A DNA stretch of 64,000 bases from Ginglymostoma cirratum. Taxonomy: Eukaryota. Within the stretch, counting starts at the first letter, position 1. Each line of letters starts with the position of its first letter. Positions 12,186-24,309 of this stretch are shown piece by piece. The notes beneath the pieces are model-generated. The model did not search any database. It was not told the origin of the DNA and saw only the letters and a program-made list of their open reading frames with translations. The stretch covers positions 24,121,205 through 24,185,204 of the forward strand of contig JAHRHZ010000004.1 in NCBI GenBank assembly GCA_024137785.1. Direction: 5' to 3'. Position numbers and translations under genes: made by a program.

Positions 12186-13639
12186 AGATATTTACTGACT
12201 GAGCCAATCATTAGCGCAACTACCTATAATGTGGTCTCATATGTTTCTAATCACTTAGGGAATCTACGTAATGCTGCTGGATGTAGCGTTCTTTTCATCA
12301 ATGAATGCAAAGCTTCTCTCGACACTGACACAATCGTAAGCTTTCTCTGAATACAGGCTTCCTGGGCACTCTGCTTCAGATGTTCATGTGTCTGCTGCAC
12401 TATCTGTGCACCATTCCTCCCACAAGTAGACACAACCATCCTAGATCTTATAGGACAGTCCTGTATTTAGGGTGGTTGTCCCGTGTCCAACTTTGTCCGA
12501 TGCAGGGGTGGCTTGTGTCCTGTATTTTGATTTGTGTGCACACACACACTGTCCTCCTCTGAGTGGCTGCTCCTGTAGGCTGACCACTTGGTCATCCCTA
12601 ACTCCCAAACAGTGGACAACCCCCAAACCCCGCAGTACCCACTGCCAACGTGTTCCTTTTTCAACTCTGGAAATTTAATTACCATGCCTATGTGACCATT
12701 TGCAAAGTTGTTAAAGTCCAGCATTGTTCATTTGTTTGCAAGAGTCCAAGTAGAATTGATGCCTTCCCTTAAATGTAAAGCCAGCTTAGGCTACTCTAGT
12801 GTTCAATTGGATTTGGATTTGATTACATGAGTTTGTGGACTACTGATGCTCACTGTGCTCAATTAGTGAAGCCTGGGTGTGAACTCAAAAGAAGTAAACT
12901 ACGTTGGGAGTGATCTACTGGCAGCATGAGAAAGCCAGGAATTGAAAACACTGCAAATAAGTTCCAGCCACACATTAAGCTGATATCTCACATCTGTAAA
13001 ACTCTGAGGTACAAAGCATACAATGACTTACAATTCCTATCACTATCTGCTTGCCCTGTTGGAAGTTAGAAACTAGGGAAGGAAACCCAATATAGAATAG
13101 CTTGTTGATACACATACAGCTGCCACTTGACCAAAACACCAAGAGTTACTAATCCTCACAATGTCACATTCGAACACTCGTTTGCAGTTTAGAGAAGACA
13201 GGAGTGATTAAAAAGAAAGGAAATGTGAGAAATGCTGGACCAGTTAATAGCAGTAAACTCTCATCTGAATTTCTGAGCAAGATTTACCTTCTATCTTCAT
13301 TTATTTTTAATCTTCCAGATTGTTGCAAATGGGGAACAGTGTCAGCCATGCTCTCAAGGTCTAGAATCTGGTCATTCCCATTTTCACAGATCTGACCACT
13401 TTTTAACTTCTAAGTTCCTTTGTACTGTTAAATTTGAATTCAGACTTGGTTTTAAAATGGTCAGTAATAACAGGGCCTTGGTGTAGACTATCTAGGCAAA
13501 ATTAACAGAAGGGGAAATTGCCCCATAAAGTCATAGTTTTGAAAAATTGCAAATGTTAGTTCAATGGGGAAGCTTCAATAAGACAGTAAACTGGGGCCAT
13601 ATCTGTCAGGGTGAATGGATATAAAGGTCTAGTTTTACA

Positions 13640-13870
13640 ATTTCAAAGAGGAACAGGTGGATTTTCCCTCAGTATTCTGGTCAATTGTATCCCTTAATAT
13701 AAATACTAATGATCGTTTCATGGAATCTTTCTATGTGTAAACTAACTGTTGCATTCCATATTTTACAACAGTGGATCTACATCAAAAATACTCAATTGCC
13801 TGTTAAATCCTTTGGAACACACTGAGATCACAACAGGCACTATTCAAATGCAAACACTTTCTTTCTTTAC
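13640..13870 (+). mobile_element. Deu-domain SINE (SacSINE1/AmnSINE-like) fragment
   Basis: ttacaacagtgg..caaaaatactcaattgcctgttaaatcctttggaac..ggcactattcaaatgcaa..tttctttcttt matches the DeuSINE 3' half as I recall it. Similar copies at about 34040-34330, 36725-37400 and 43190-43340 (all -). Confidence 0.6.
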
Positions 13871-15864
13871 ATAAACTGTTCACTGAATCGTACCTAGGTC
13901 ATGAATCAGGAACCATGCTTGAATCAACCAATCATGAATCAAGCTTTTTCCTGACAACAACTTTATTTGCTTGAATTAAATCCACACACAAAGTCCAAGC
14001 TTTCTTCTTTTTTTAAACAGGGATAAGGCTGGCAAGCAGTGTCAGGCAAGGAGTATCAGGTTGGACACAATCACATTGAATGGTAGAGTGCACTTGATTG
14101 GCCAAATGGCCTACTTCTTCCGCTGGCCTTAAATTAACCTGTTCCAACATGACATGACACACTTGATGGGACTTGAACCCAGAGGTAGGGACGCTTCCAC
14201 TGCACCACAAGACCCCTATATCTTTTTGCTTAATGCCTTTTTGGGCACTCAAATGAGCAGTTTTACATAAAGAACCGCTGTAATAAGAACAAAATCTTCA
14301 AATGAAGCTTACAAAATTAAATTAAAATATCCTCTCCAGGGATATTGAGGGGGGGTGGGTGGAGGGGGGTGCAGAAGGTCTGAAATCTATTAAGGTTCTC
14401 TGCATGCTCCCTGTCCAGGGTCATTCAGGAATAGATGTAACCATAGAACCGTGGAAGACTCGCTGACAGTCAGGTCAAGTAACCTCTTCATCTACTTTCT
14501 TTTCTTCTTTATCCAGAAATGCTCTTAAGCACAACTGAAAACATTGAGTCCTCCCATCAGCAAGTCACCAGTGTTTTTTTTTAAACCTAATAACCACTTA
14601 CCAGTAAAACACCCATGTTTCCCAACTGACTAATTTACACACAAGGCCCATTAAAGCCAACACAGACCATCAAAGGTGAGGGACACTATAACAAATATCA
14701 TATCTCAAAGGAAACTCACAAAAGTTACAGTAAAAATTGGGTTTGAGGAGAGGTCATACACCTTAGTCCCTGTATTTACCCACCAAGTCATGGGAGAGCC
14801 TCTTTATATGATTTTTTTTGAGAACCAATTTAAATGAAACCAAATTAAATCACATTAACAAGTGACAGCCCTTAAAAAGACACTGTAACCACAACCAAAT
14901 CTTTAAAGGAACATTATCTAATTAATTAAAATAGCATGTTGGGGGAGAGGATGCACTCCAGCTGCTCCAGTGCCCAATGATTGCAGAAGGAGTCTCTTTG
15001 TCAGTTGTGCTCAAGACAATCAATTAACACCCATCACCTAATAACCTCATCTTGGTAATCATCATGATATTAACATTACGCTAATGTAAAATGGGAAAAC
15101 GCGAGTGACAGAGTTGCTCATAGCATTGTTTTACTGGCCCTTAACCCAGGGTGTCAAGGAAGGCCAGAGAGACAATGCTTATTTGGATTAGCCTTTTGTT
15201 TACTGTCCAGCCTTTGTGCAAGACACAGATGTTATGCCACCCCAGGGAGAAAGTGACAACAAAATAACAACTTTTAACGCAATTTGGGAATCTGAAAGAT
15301 TGAGGGGCAGGTGCATACATTTAAATTTGCAGCTTCTACAAAATCAGGCAAAGATGTGAAGTAGTGGCAGCACAGAAACAAAAGTGAATGGGATAAAATA
15401 TGCAAAGGGATTAAATGGTGACAGCTGGAATTTGATGCAGGGAAGAGTAAAGTTCAAGGGTCAGAAAAATACATAGCATGCCTTCTCCATTAATACCACT
15501 GAAATAGGTAAGGATAAATCTGAAAGAGATCCTGAAGTTGGTGCTAATCATGAACAAATAACACAACACAACAGCCAACTAAAGCAATGCAACTTTGAAC
15601 TATATAGCTAAAATAGAACAACAGAAGGCAGAGAGAGAAAGGAACTAAGTGTACAAATGATCTGGCCACATTGCTCTTGGACTATTTCATCCAATTTCAC
15701 TGTCAAGAGAGAGGTACATTTGGGAAGCTATCTACTCAGAGGTTGAAAATAACATTGATAAGGTATTAGAAATAATAGGAACTGCAGATGCTGGAGAATC
15801 CGAGATAACAAGGTGTGGGGCTGGATGAACACGGCAGGCAAAGCAGCATCTTAGGAGCAGGAAA

Positions 15865-15899
15865 GCTTGACGTTTCGGGCCTTGACCCTTCATCAGAAA
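15865..15899 (-). ncRNA. Minimal hammerhead ribozyme motif
   Basis: Minus strand TTT-CTGATGA-A-GGGTCAAGGCCC-GAAACGTC-AAGC. Confidence 0.7.
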
Positions 15900-16262
15900 T
15901 GGGGGAGGGGAAGAGGGTTCTGAAATAAATAGGGAGAGGGGGGAGGCAGATAGAAGATGGATAGAGGACAGGATAGGTGGAGAGGAGTTGCAGTGGGAGA
16001 GAGATTCCCTGAGGTTTGTCTGGAGGGAGGAGGCTAACTTCTCCAGCATCTGCAGTACCTATTATCTCTGATACAATTTTAACCCCACTGCGAAGCCTCT
16101 TCTAAGGATGCCTACCCTGAAGAAGTTAGCCTCCTCCCTCCGGACAAACCTCAGGGAATCTCTCTCCCACTGCAACTCCTCTCTACCTATCCTGTCCTCT
16201 ATCCATCTTCTATCCGCCTCCCCCCTCTCCCTATTTATTTCAGAACCCTCTTCCCCTCCCCC

Positions 16263-16298
16263 TTTTCTGATGAAGGGTCTAGGCCTGAAACGTCAAGC
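16263..16298 (+). ncRNA. Minimal hammerhead ribozyme motif
   Basis: TTTT-CTGATGA-A-GGGTCTAGGCCT-GAAACGTC-AAGC. Confidence 0.7.
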
Positions 16299-16929
16299 TT
16301 TCCTGCTCCTATGATGCTGCTTGGCCTGCTGTGTTCATCCAGCTCCACACCTTGTTATCATTGATAAGGTATTACACAGTCGATTCATGACTGTATCGAC
16401 AATGTGCAATCTGGGCCCAAATAGCCAAATGAATAGCAACCCAGCTACAGGTCAGGAAACAGAGAGTAGGAAGTCAAGAGTTGCTGCACATCCTGACAAT
16501 ACAAAGCAAATTGGTATTGCTCAGACATCATCTACATGGCCAATTGTAGGTCAACAAAAAGAAAAATGCAGCAAAATACCAAAGGGCACTAATACACACG
16601 CAGAAAGGGCACTTAATTAGCAAACTAATCTTAATAGAGGTAAATGTGAGTGGGTGTATTTTGACAGAACGAATAAAGGGACACTCAGTTTTTGTATCTA
16701 ATAGTCAACATGGGTTAGAGGTACATTTAGATCTAGGAGTGCTCATGATGGTAGCGTTTATGTTGTTTTGGGAAGATTGAAACCAGAGGTTAAAATCGAG
16801 AATTCAGAAGAAATCACTTAGCAAAACAATGCTAAGAATGTGGGATAATTATCAATATCATAGATACATTTGGAGGAGAAACTCGATAAGTATATAAGAG
16901 AGAAAGAAATAGACAGATGCTCTGATAAT

Positions 16930-17150
16930 AGAGACAACACAGTATGGAGCAAGAGAAGCACAGCAGGCCAGGCAGCATCAGAGGAGCAGGAAAGTTGACA
17001 TTTTGGGTCAGGACCCTTCTTCAGTTGAGAAGGGTCCTGACCCAAAACATCAACTTTCCTGCTCCTCTGATACTGCCTGGTCTGCTGTGTTCATCCAGCT
17101 CCACACTGCGTTATATCTGAATCCAGCATCGGCAGTTCTTACTATCTCTG
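16930..17150. mobile_element. Palindromic mini-element made of two back-to-back PLE pLTR ends
   Basis: Arms of about 90 bp centred near 17024 (..tgggtcaggacccttcttcag|ttgagaagggtcctgaccca..). Both hammerhead cores are decayed (CGAAA to CAAAA). Confidence 0.8.
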
Positions 17151-18799
17151 ATACTGTGATAAGGTTGGGTGAAAGGGGTGGGAGGGCATTTGCAAAACAC
17201 AAATTCCAGGATTGACCCAATTGTGCTGCAAGGCCTGTTTCTGCGCTGGAGGTTCATTCCAACTAATATAAGCGCTGGAGAAATTTCTGGAAAGAACGTT
17301 GAGCTAATTCTCACTGTCAGAGGTCTGTGGTGTCAAGGCAAGCAGAAGGATGACTTTTTAGCTTCAAATGTACACATACAAAAGGTGACCTTAAAACAAC
17401 TATCAAGGAAATGGAAAAGATTGTCCCTGAAATATATTAATACTTTAAACAAAAGTGGTAAAATTAGAGAACGTAGATTGAAATTAACAAAAGGTCATTT
17501 AGGAATGAAATTGAGAAAATCGTCACATTATCATGGCTGATAAGCTTCAATATAAAATACTGAAAGCTAAAGTCTTGGATTTTTTTAAGAAACACTTGAA
17601 AACTACAGGGCCTTTCTGAATGTAAAATGAAGAAGGGTTTCTCTCAGCTGTAATTACCTCGTGACCTTATGATGTAGCTCCCTAGCCCTTCCGCTATATA
17701 TTTGTTCACAATTACTTTATAGCTATGATACACAGATGACAATAAATATATCCTGTTATTCCTAGCATGATGCCATTTAGTTTTCAGGTTCCAATGCCAC
17801 TTTTTGTTGTCCTATTCCGTAATTTCTTTACTGAAATAATACAACTGACATAACTGCAGCCAGATTAAATCTGTGACAACTTTTGTTATCGTTGTGCCTG
17901 CAATGTACAAAAAAATGTCCTCAGGTGCTTCACAGAGGCATGAAGAATTACATGGATGCAAAATCAAATACAATGTTGAGAGAAAGTACTTTTTTAAGAA
18001 AGATCTTAAGCAGCGTGAGAGGCAGTGATATATGTTGACTTATGCAGGGAATCTAACAGACCCTAGCACCTGAACGATTTAAGACACAGCCACAGAAAGC
18101 AGAGCGAAATGAGGGGTCATGCAAAAAGCATCCCTAGGATCAGAAGAATTGAGTTTGAAGACAGTTATAGCACTGGTGGTGTTTACCACAACAGATAGGA
18201 AGGGAGCGTAGAGTGTTTTAACATTTATCATGCATTTGAGTCATTGCAAGATTAGCGCGGGTCAGTGAGGATACGATAATTGGTAAGTATTTCACTTTTG
18301 TAGGATAGGATATGGACATGGGAATTTCAGATCAATTTGCATTTCACTAAGGGAGAAAGATAGGAGATCACCCAGAAAACCAGTGGAGTCATTGAGTCCA
18401 GAGGTAATCTAAATGAGAGTTTTAGCAACAGATGGATTGAAGTAGGGATGGCAGCAGACAATATTATAAAAATGGAATACATACAAAAATGAGAAATGAA
18501 TTCAGCAGCATCTGCGGGCGAGACAATATCAATGTGTCAGGTTAATGACTTCTCAGTTGAGATGAAAGGTCATTGTCCTGAATTGTTAACTCTATTTCTC
18601 TCTAGAGATCCTGTCTGACCTTTTAAATCTTCACAACATTTTCTGCTTTAATTTAAAATTTCAACATTCACAATTAATGGCTTTTGCATTAAATATAGAC
18701 AGGTGGGCCAAATAGCTGAGGGCCCAATAGTTCAAATCAAGTTGTAAATAGTTTGCTTTAGCCTTAAGCAGTGATGAGGAAGTGAACAAATTTTGTAGG

Positions 18800-19340
18800 A
18801 AAGGTAGAGTTTAAGCTGGTGGTAGAGTTAGTGGTGGGGGTAGAATTTGAAGTGATATAGGATTTGTAGTGGAGTAGGGTTTGTGGTGGTAGAGTTTGAG
18901 ATGGGCGTAGAGTATGTGATGGGTTAGACTTCGAGGAGATATACGGTCTGTGGGAAGGCTAGGGTTTATGATAGGTGTCCGGTTTGAGGTAGCGTAGATA
19001 TTATGTAGGGATAGAGTTAGCGGTGGGGTAGGGTGAGTTGAGGGTAGGGTTTGAGGTGGGGGTGGGGTTTGTTACAGGAGGAGAGTTTGTGACAGGGTGG
19101 GGTTTGTGGTGAGGGGAGAGTTTGTGGTGTGTGGAGCTTGTGGCAGGGGTGGAGCTTGTGGCAAGGGGTGGGGTTTGAGTTATTGGTTGTAGGTGATGGT
19201 TTTGGTCATATATTGTTTTGGTGGGGGGAGATGGTAGTGTGGCCTGCATTAGACTGAGGATGGGATGTTCAGGTTGGGGGTTGGGGTTGTGGGGGGTGGC
19301 GGGGAGCTGGATTGGTGGGTGAATGGAGGTTGGGGCTGTT
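18800..19340 (+). repeat. Degenerate G/T-rich low-complexity tandem repeat
   Basis: Recurrent units resembling ggggtagagtttgtggt with many GGG runs on the plus strand. Confidence 0.7.
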
Positions 19341-20599
19341 TCTAGGTGCCAGGCCTATGCCCAGTGGGAAAATATTGTTGCCATGTTGTAGGGGACATCA
19401 CACTAATTGGCCCTGTCGCGGCAGGCTCTCATGACTGCAGGCCTGAGCACTTTCCCAGCTCCAAATAAGCAGCAAACTATGACAAATGATAAGAGAGGGG
19501 GCACTTCAAGATGGAGACTGAAGACAGCCCCTCCTCAACTGTTTTCAAATTAAACAAAGACAGAAAAATCTTCAAGCCTCGCCACCACTGTAGGGGCAGG
19601 GTTGAGGTATATCAACAGGGCAGCAAGTGGCAGTTCTCTGTCACCTTCTCCACCCTCCAACCCATGACCACGCTCTATAGAAATGGCCTGGAAGTGGAAT
19701 AAAGCTGAGGAATTGCTACATTAGCCAGTGGGGGCTATGTTTAGTTTCTGTCTGTCTCTGATCTCATCCCTGCCAGGGTTTTAAAAATTCAACCTTGAGC
19801 TTTCAGCAAGTCTCTGACAGGTTTGAGATGGAGAGCAGTCAGGAGAGGCAGTGGAGAGATAATGCATGTTATTATCAGGGTATATATAGGAGCTTGTGGA
19901 TGCTGACACCAGCAGGCAGCAGAGGAGGAGAGAAGGATACACCTGTAGCAGCTCCAGAGGTAACAGTGCAAGGCTAGGAATGGACACCATTTCTAAATAA
20001 GCCCTGGAGATCGTGCAAGATAGTGCCTGAAAGAGTCTGAGTTTCATCAAGAAAGAGTCGGATAGCAGGTGTTGGAAGAGATGCTATTTTGGTATTTTAA
20101 TCATGTCAAAGGCTGAAGCAAGGCTGGAAACAAAGAACGTATGGTAGTGTCAGTCATAGAAAATATTATTGCTGGTACTAGATGGGGTCAATCCATACTG
20201 TGGGAGAGATAGAAACCCAACTAAAATAGGAGAGAAGGGAGGTCCTTGTTGAAGTACTTTGAAGATTAAAGGGGGTTTATAAATTGTAGTTATAGATATT
20301 GTATTTCATCTCTGTATGCTTTCCTGCCAAAATTTTCTTCTTTGAATTCTTATATCCACAATTCATAATGCGTACTGTGTATGTAAACACGTCACTGCAA
20401 TTAAAGTATGCCAATTTACAGTCAGTTTTCATTATAAATTGTGAACATGGGATTTCACAATGGAAAATCCAGCTTGATGAACAACTTCTAATATATTGTA
20501 TTTTAGTACAAACGTTAATCAGTTAAGACATTCTTTTGTGTAATCTCAACTTGAAGTCTGAGTGAAACACTTTTCAAGGAAATGGAAGAGATTTGGAGG

Positions 20600-20729
20600 G
20601 AGATAGTAGGAACTGCCGATGCTGGAGAATCTGATATAACAAGGTGTAGAGCTGGATGAAGACAGCAGGCCAAGCAGCATCAGAGGAGCAGGAAAGTTGA
20701 CGTTTCGGGTCTAGACCCTTCTTCAGAAA
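20600..20729 (-). mobile_element. PLE pLTR end with an intact-looking hammerhead (about 20696-20729)
   Basis: Minus strand TTT-CTGAAGA-A-GGGTCTAGACCC-GAAACGTC-AAC followed by the same tail as the 15769 element. Confidence 0.75.
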
Positions 20730-22004
20730 GTTGTTTTTGAACACAACAGAATGCGTTCCTTCAACACTGGAGTCCCAGCACAAATTCATTCTTATCAATC
20801 GATCCACGTCCTAAAATGTGAACCTTTGATCACATTTTCCCATTGAATGATATTGCATTTGAAGAGAAATGTTACAAGTTGGACTGTCACAGGCAGCCAT
20901 TATCAGCAACATATGAGGATATATAATCGACCAATTGAAAATGACAAGTTCTGCAATTAATCCATACCTCAAATAAAAGCATTATACTGTGGATACTGGA
21001 GATCTGACTTAAAAACAGAAAGTGCTGGAGCAACTCAGCAGATCTGGCATCATCAATAAAGAGAGGCATGGACTTAATGTTTTGAGTAACAAAAACAGAA
21101 GTTGCTGGAAAAGCTCAGCGGTTCTGGCAGCATCNNNNNNNNNNNNNNNNNNNNNNNNNNNNNNNNNNNNNNNNNNNNNNNNNNNNNNNNNNNNNNNNNN
21201 NNNNNNNNNNNNNNNNNNNNNNNNNNNNNNNNNNNNNNNNNNNNNNNNNNNNNNNNNNNNNNNNNNNNNNNNNNNNNNNNNNNNNNNNNNNNNNNNNNNN
21301 NNNNNNNNNNNNNNNNNNNNNNNNNNNNNNNNNNNNNNNNNNNNNNNNNNNNNNNNNNNNNNNNNNNNNNNNNNNNNNNNNNNNNNNNNNNNNNNNNNNN
21401 NNNNNNNNNNNNNNNNNNNNNNNNNNNNNNNNNNNNNNNNNNNNNNNNNNNNNNNNNNNNNNNNNNNNNNNNNNNNNNNNNNNNNNNNNNNNNNNNNNNN
21501 NNNNNNNNNNNNNNNNNNNNNNNNNNNNNNNNNNGATGCTGCCAGAACCGCTGAGCTTTTCCAGCAACTTCTGTTTTTGTTACTCAAAACATTAAGTCCA
21601 TGCCTCTCTTTATTGATGATGCCAGATCTGCTGAGTTGCTCCAGCACTTTCTGTTTTTAAGTCAGATCTCCAGTATCCACAGTATAATGCTTTTATTTGA
21701 GGTATGGATTAATTGCAGAACTTGTCATTTTCAATTGGTCGATTATATATCCTCATATGTTGCTGATAATGGCTGCCTGTGACAGTCCAACTTGTAACAT
21801 TTCTCTTCAAATGCAATATCATTCAATGGGAAAATGTGATCAAAGGTTCACATTTTAGGACGTGGATCGATTGATAAGAATGAATTTGTGCTGGGACTCC
21901 AGTGTTGAAGGAACGCATTCTGTTGTGTTCAAAAACAACTTTCTGAAGAAGGGTCTAGACCCGAAACGTCAACTTTCCTGCTCCTCTGATGCTGCTTGGC
22001 CTGC
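20665..22004. repeat. Perfect 470-bp inverted duplication (20665-21134 / 21535-22004) around a 400-N gap; probable assembly artefact
   Basis: Identical mirrored ORF translations. The second copy is an isolated contig between a 400-N and a 100-N gap. Confidence 0.85.
21135..21534. other. Assembly gap (400 N); second gap at 22005-22104 (100 N)
   Basis: Runs of N. Confidence 1.
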
Positions 22005-22504
22005 NNNNNNNNNNNNNNNNNNNNNNNNNNNNNNNNNNNNNNNNNNNNNNNNNNNNNNNNNNNNNNNNNNNNNNNNNNNNNNNNNNNNNNNNNNNNNNNN
22101 NNNNACACAAGCAATTAGATAGCACCTCAGTGCCCTGGTGACATTTTCCAAAGCAGCTGCAACTATCATCAAGTTAGGTGAACTCAGACAGAAGAATGGC
22201 TTAAGCAGTTATGGATAGTGCATTTTTCCCCAACCATTATTTCACATTTGATTCACCCCAATGGTTCTGCACAAGCACTTATGTTTCGTCTCGTGATCAA
22301 TGTTTGATGAAAGTGCTTCCAAGTGTCCGTGTGTAATGGGTCACTGGGAAACAGAATGAGGCTTGATTGTGAAGCTCTCTCACTCACTTACGACACAGTA
22401 GTACTCAATCTCCTGACTCACAAGAAGCAAGGTCTCTTAGAGAAGGTGGGAGGGTTCCTGGCAACTCTTGGCCACAGCTTGAGAGAGCTTGAGGAGTGAC
22501 ACTA

Positions 22505-23020
22505 ATTATTCTTTTTAATTTAAAAGAAACACTTTATTCATAAAAAATATATATAATATGTCACACACAGTTTGGTTCTATGCAGTTGCATATCAGGGAG
22601 ACAAACAAACATTGGTGTTTGACTCTATCCAAACAAACCAAAAGCATTTCTTACTTGAACAAATTACATTTATTTGCGTTGAGGCACTGGGAGGGTCCAA
22701 TAACTGAATGGATCCCAATTTAACTTTGGCAGAAGGACCTCAGATGGTAGTCATTCCCCACTGGGTCTTGGTAGCAGCTGTCCCAAGCTTTAGCGTGAGC
22801 CTCAGTATGTAGTCCCAGACCTTGGAATGTGTCAGTTTGCAACATTTGGTCGGGGTCAACTCCTTGTTCTGGAAGACCAACAAGTTTTGGGCAGACCAAA
22901 GAGCATCTTTTACCGAGTTGATGGTCCGCCAGACGCAGTTGGTGTTTGTCTTCGTGCATCCTGGGGACCAGACCATAGAGCACACCAATCTAATGGAAGA
23001 CTGCTGTTACACTAAGAAAT
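22505..23020 (-). mobile_element. Tx1/L1-type non-LTR retrotransposon 3' end
   Basis: C-terminal peptide ..NTNCVWRTINSVKDALWSAQNLLVFQNKELTPTKCCKLTHSKVWDYILR..; minus-strand AATAAA and A-rich tail near 22510-22545. Confidence 0.7.
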
Positions 23021-24309
23021 CCAATACTGGCCCAAAACCAAGGACTACGCCAGTGTTATTGCATATTACAGAGAAAGTGAGATACACACATTACCAAGAA
23101 GAAATGTTAACGTGATGCCAAACTTGGGTCTGAAATACTTGTGAGTGAGAAGGGAGAAATAACAGAAATATGGAGTTTCATCCTTTTGGGAAAGGATTCG
23201 ATCAGAGTAGAGATGGTATAATCATCTCAGATTTCAACCCAGTAAGGAAGGGGTCACAGATCAGCTGGGAAATCTGGAGTATGCACATTACAAAACATCA
23301 AATCACAACAGCATAATATCCAGAAACCAGAAATCAATCAAGAAGCTTGTTTATATTAAACTAAATTAAAATAAAACAATGCAATCACACCAGACAAGTG
23401 CACTATAGCAGAATGACAGTTAATTAATGAGGCCATGGTCTAATTAGTATGAACTCAAAAACACTTTTAATTATTGGCACCAAGGAAGAAAATTCCATCC
23501 ATTGTTTGTTGAATATTTTATTTCTAAAAATGATTATGGGTCAAATTAGCAATAACACAAGAAAATAATAGTGATTGACGTGAACAGTTTAATATTTATG
23601 AATCAGCACCTCCATTTGAATCAGATACTTGGATGGGAGTCAGGTTATTATTTAAGCCTTAACACTTCCTGCAACCTGGAGCAAAGAATTAACTATTTGT
23701 AGGTCCCAGAGGTCTGCTAATGGACAGGATAGTTAGTAGTTCCTTGTACTGGGTAAATTACATGTGTTCTTACCTTCAGTGTTTCTATATGAATATGTTT
23801 CATTTTTAATTTGACGCAGAGTGAATAGTTGTTAGTACTGAGGTTCTGGCCAATCTTTATGCAGGGGCAATGTCAGATAGATGGAACGGGAATGGACTTT
23901 CTGTTTGCCTGTAAGAAAGACTGCCAAAGGAATCATACCAAGGAGGGTCTGGGGGCATTTATACTTGACTGATACATTCTTCATCTAATCAGGTCAAAGC
24001 ATATCCAGGCACTTTTTGACAGCTTGGTGTAACCATACATGCCTAACCAAGCCAACAAGTAACAATAGCAACACGTCCTTCAATTTCTTGTCCAAAGCTG
24101 TTTCGTTATTGAGAAGTAAGGTCAAAGAAAATGTGCTAGTAAACATATGGAAGGAATGGAAGCCAATGATATCCTGGCAAAGCCATCTCACTGTCTTGAA
24201 CTCATTCTTCCTCATAGACACAGAAGCCTCCATCAGTGTGACAGGAAGGGGTAGAATATATATGCAGCAGAAATTAGAACCAGAATCAGTAATAATGTTA
24301 AAAAGTCAA

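Larger units (their letters stand above)
15769..16358. mobile_element. Penelope pLTR-derived insert with inverted arms and two opposed hammerhead motifs
   Basis: Arms 15804-16042 and 16121-16359 are near-perfect inverted repeats; 16-bp TSD cattgataaggtatta at 15753-15768 and 16359-16374. Confidence 0.85.

Noticed and set aside
15732-16314. Two near-identical ORFs on opposite strands
   Set aside because: A by-product of the inverted pLTR arms; low-complexity non-coding sequence.
19001-19249. Pro/Thr-rich mucin-like ORF
   Set aside because: Translation of the G-rich simple repeat.
21009-21660. Long mirrored 150-212 aa ORFs
   Set aside because: They run through the N gap and the artefactual inverted duplication.
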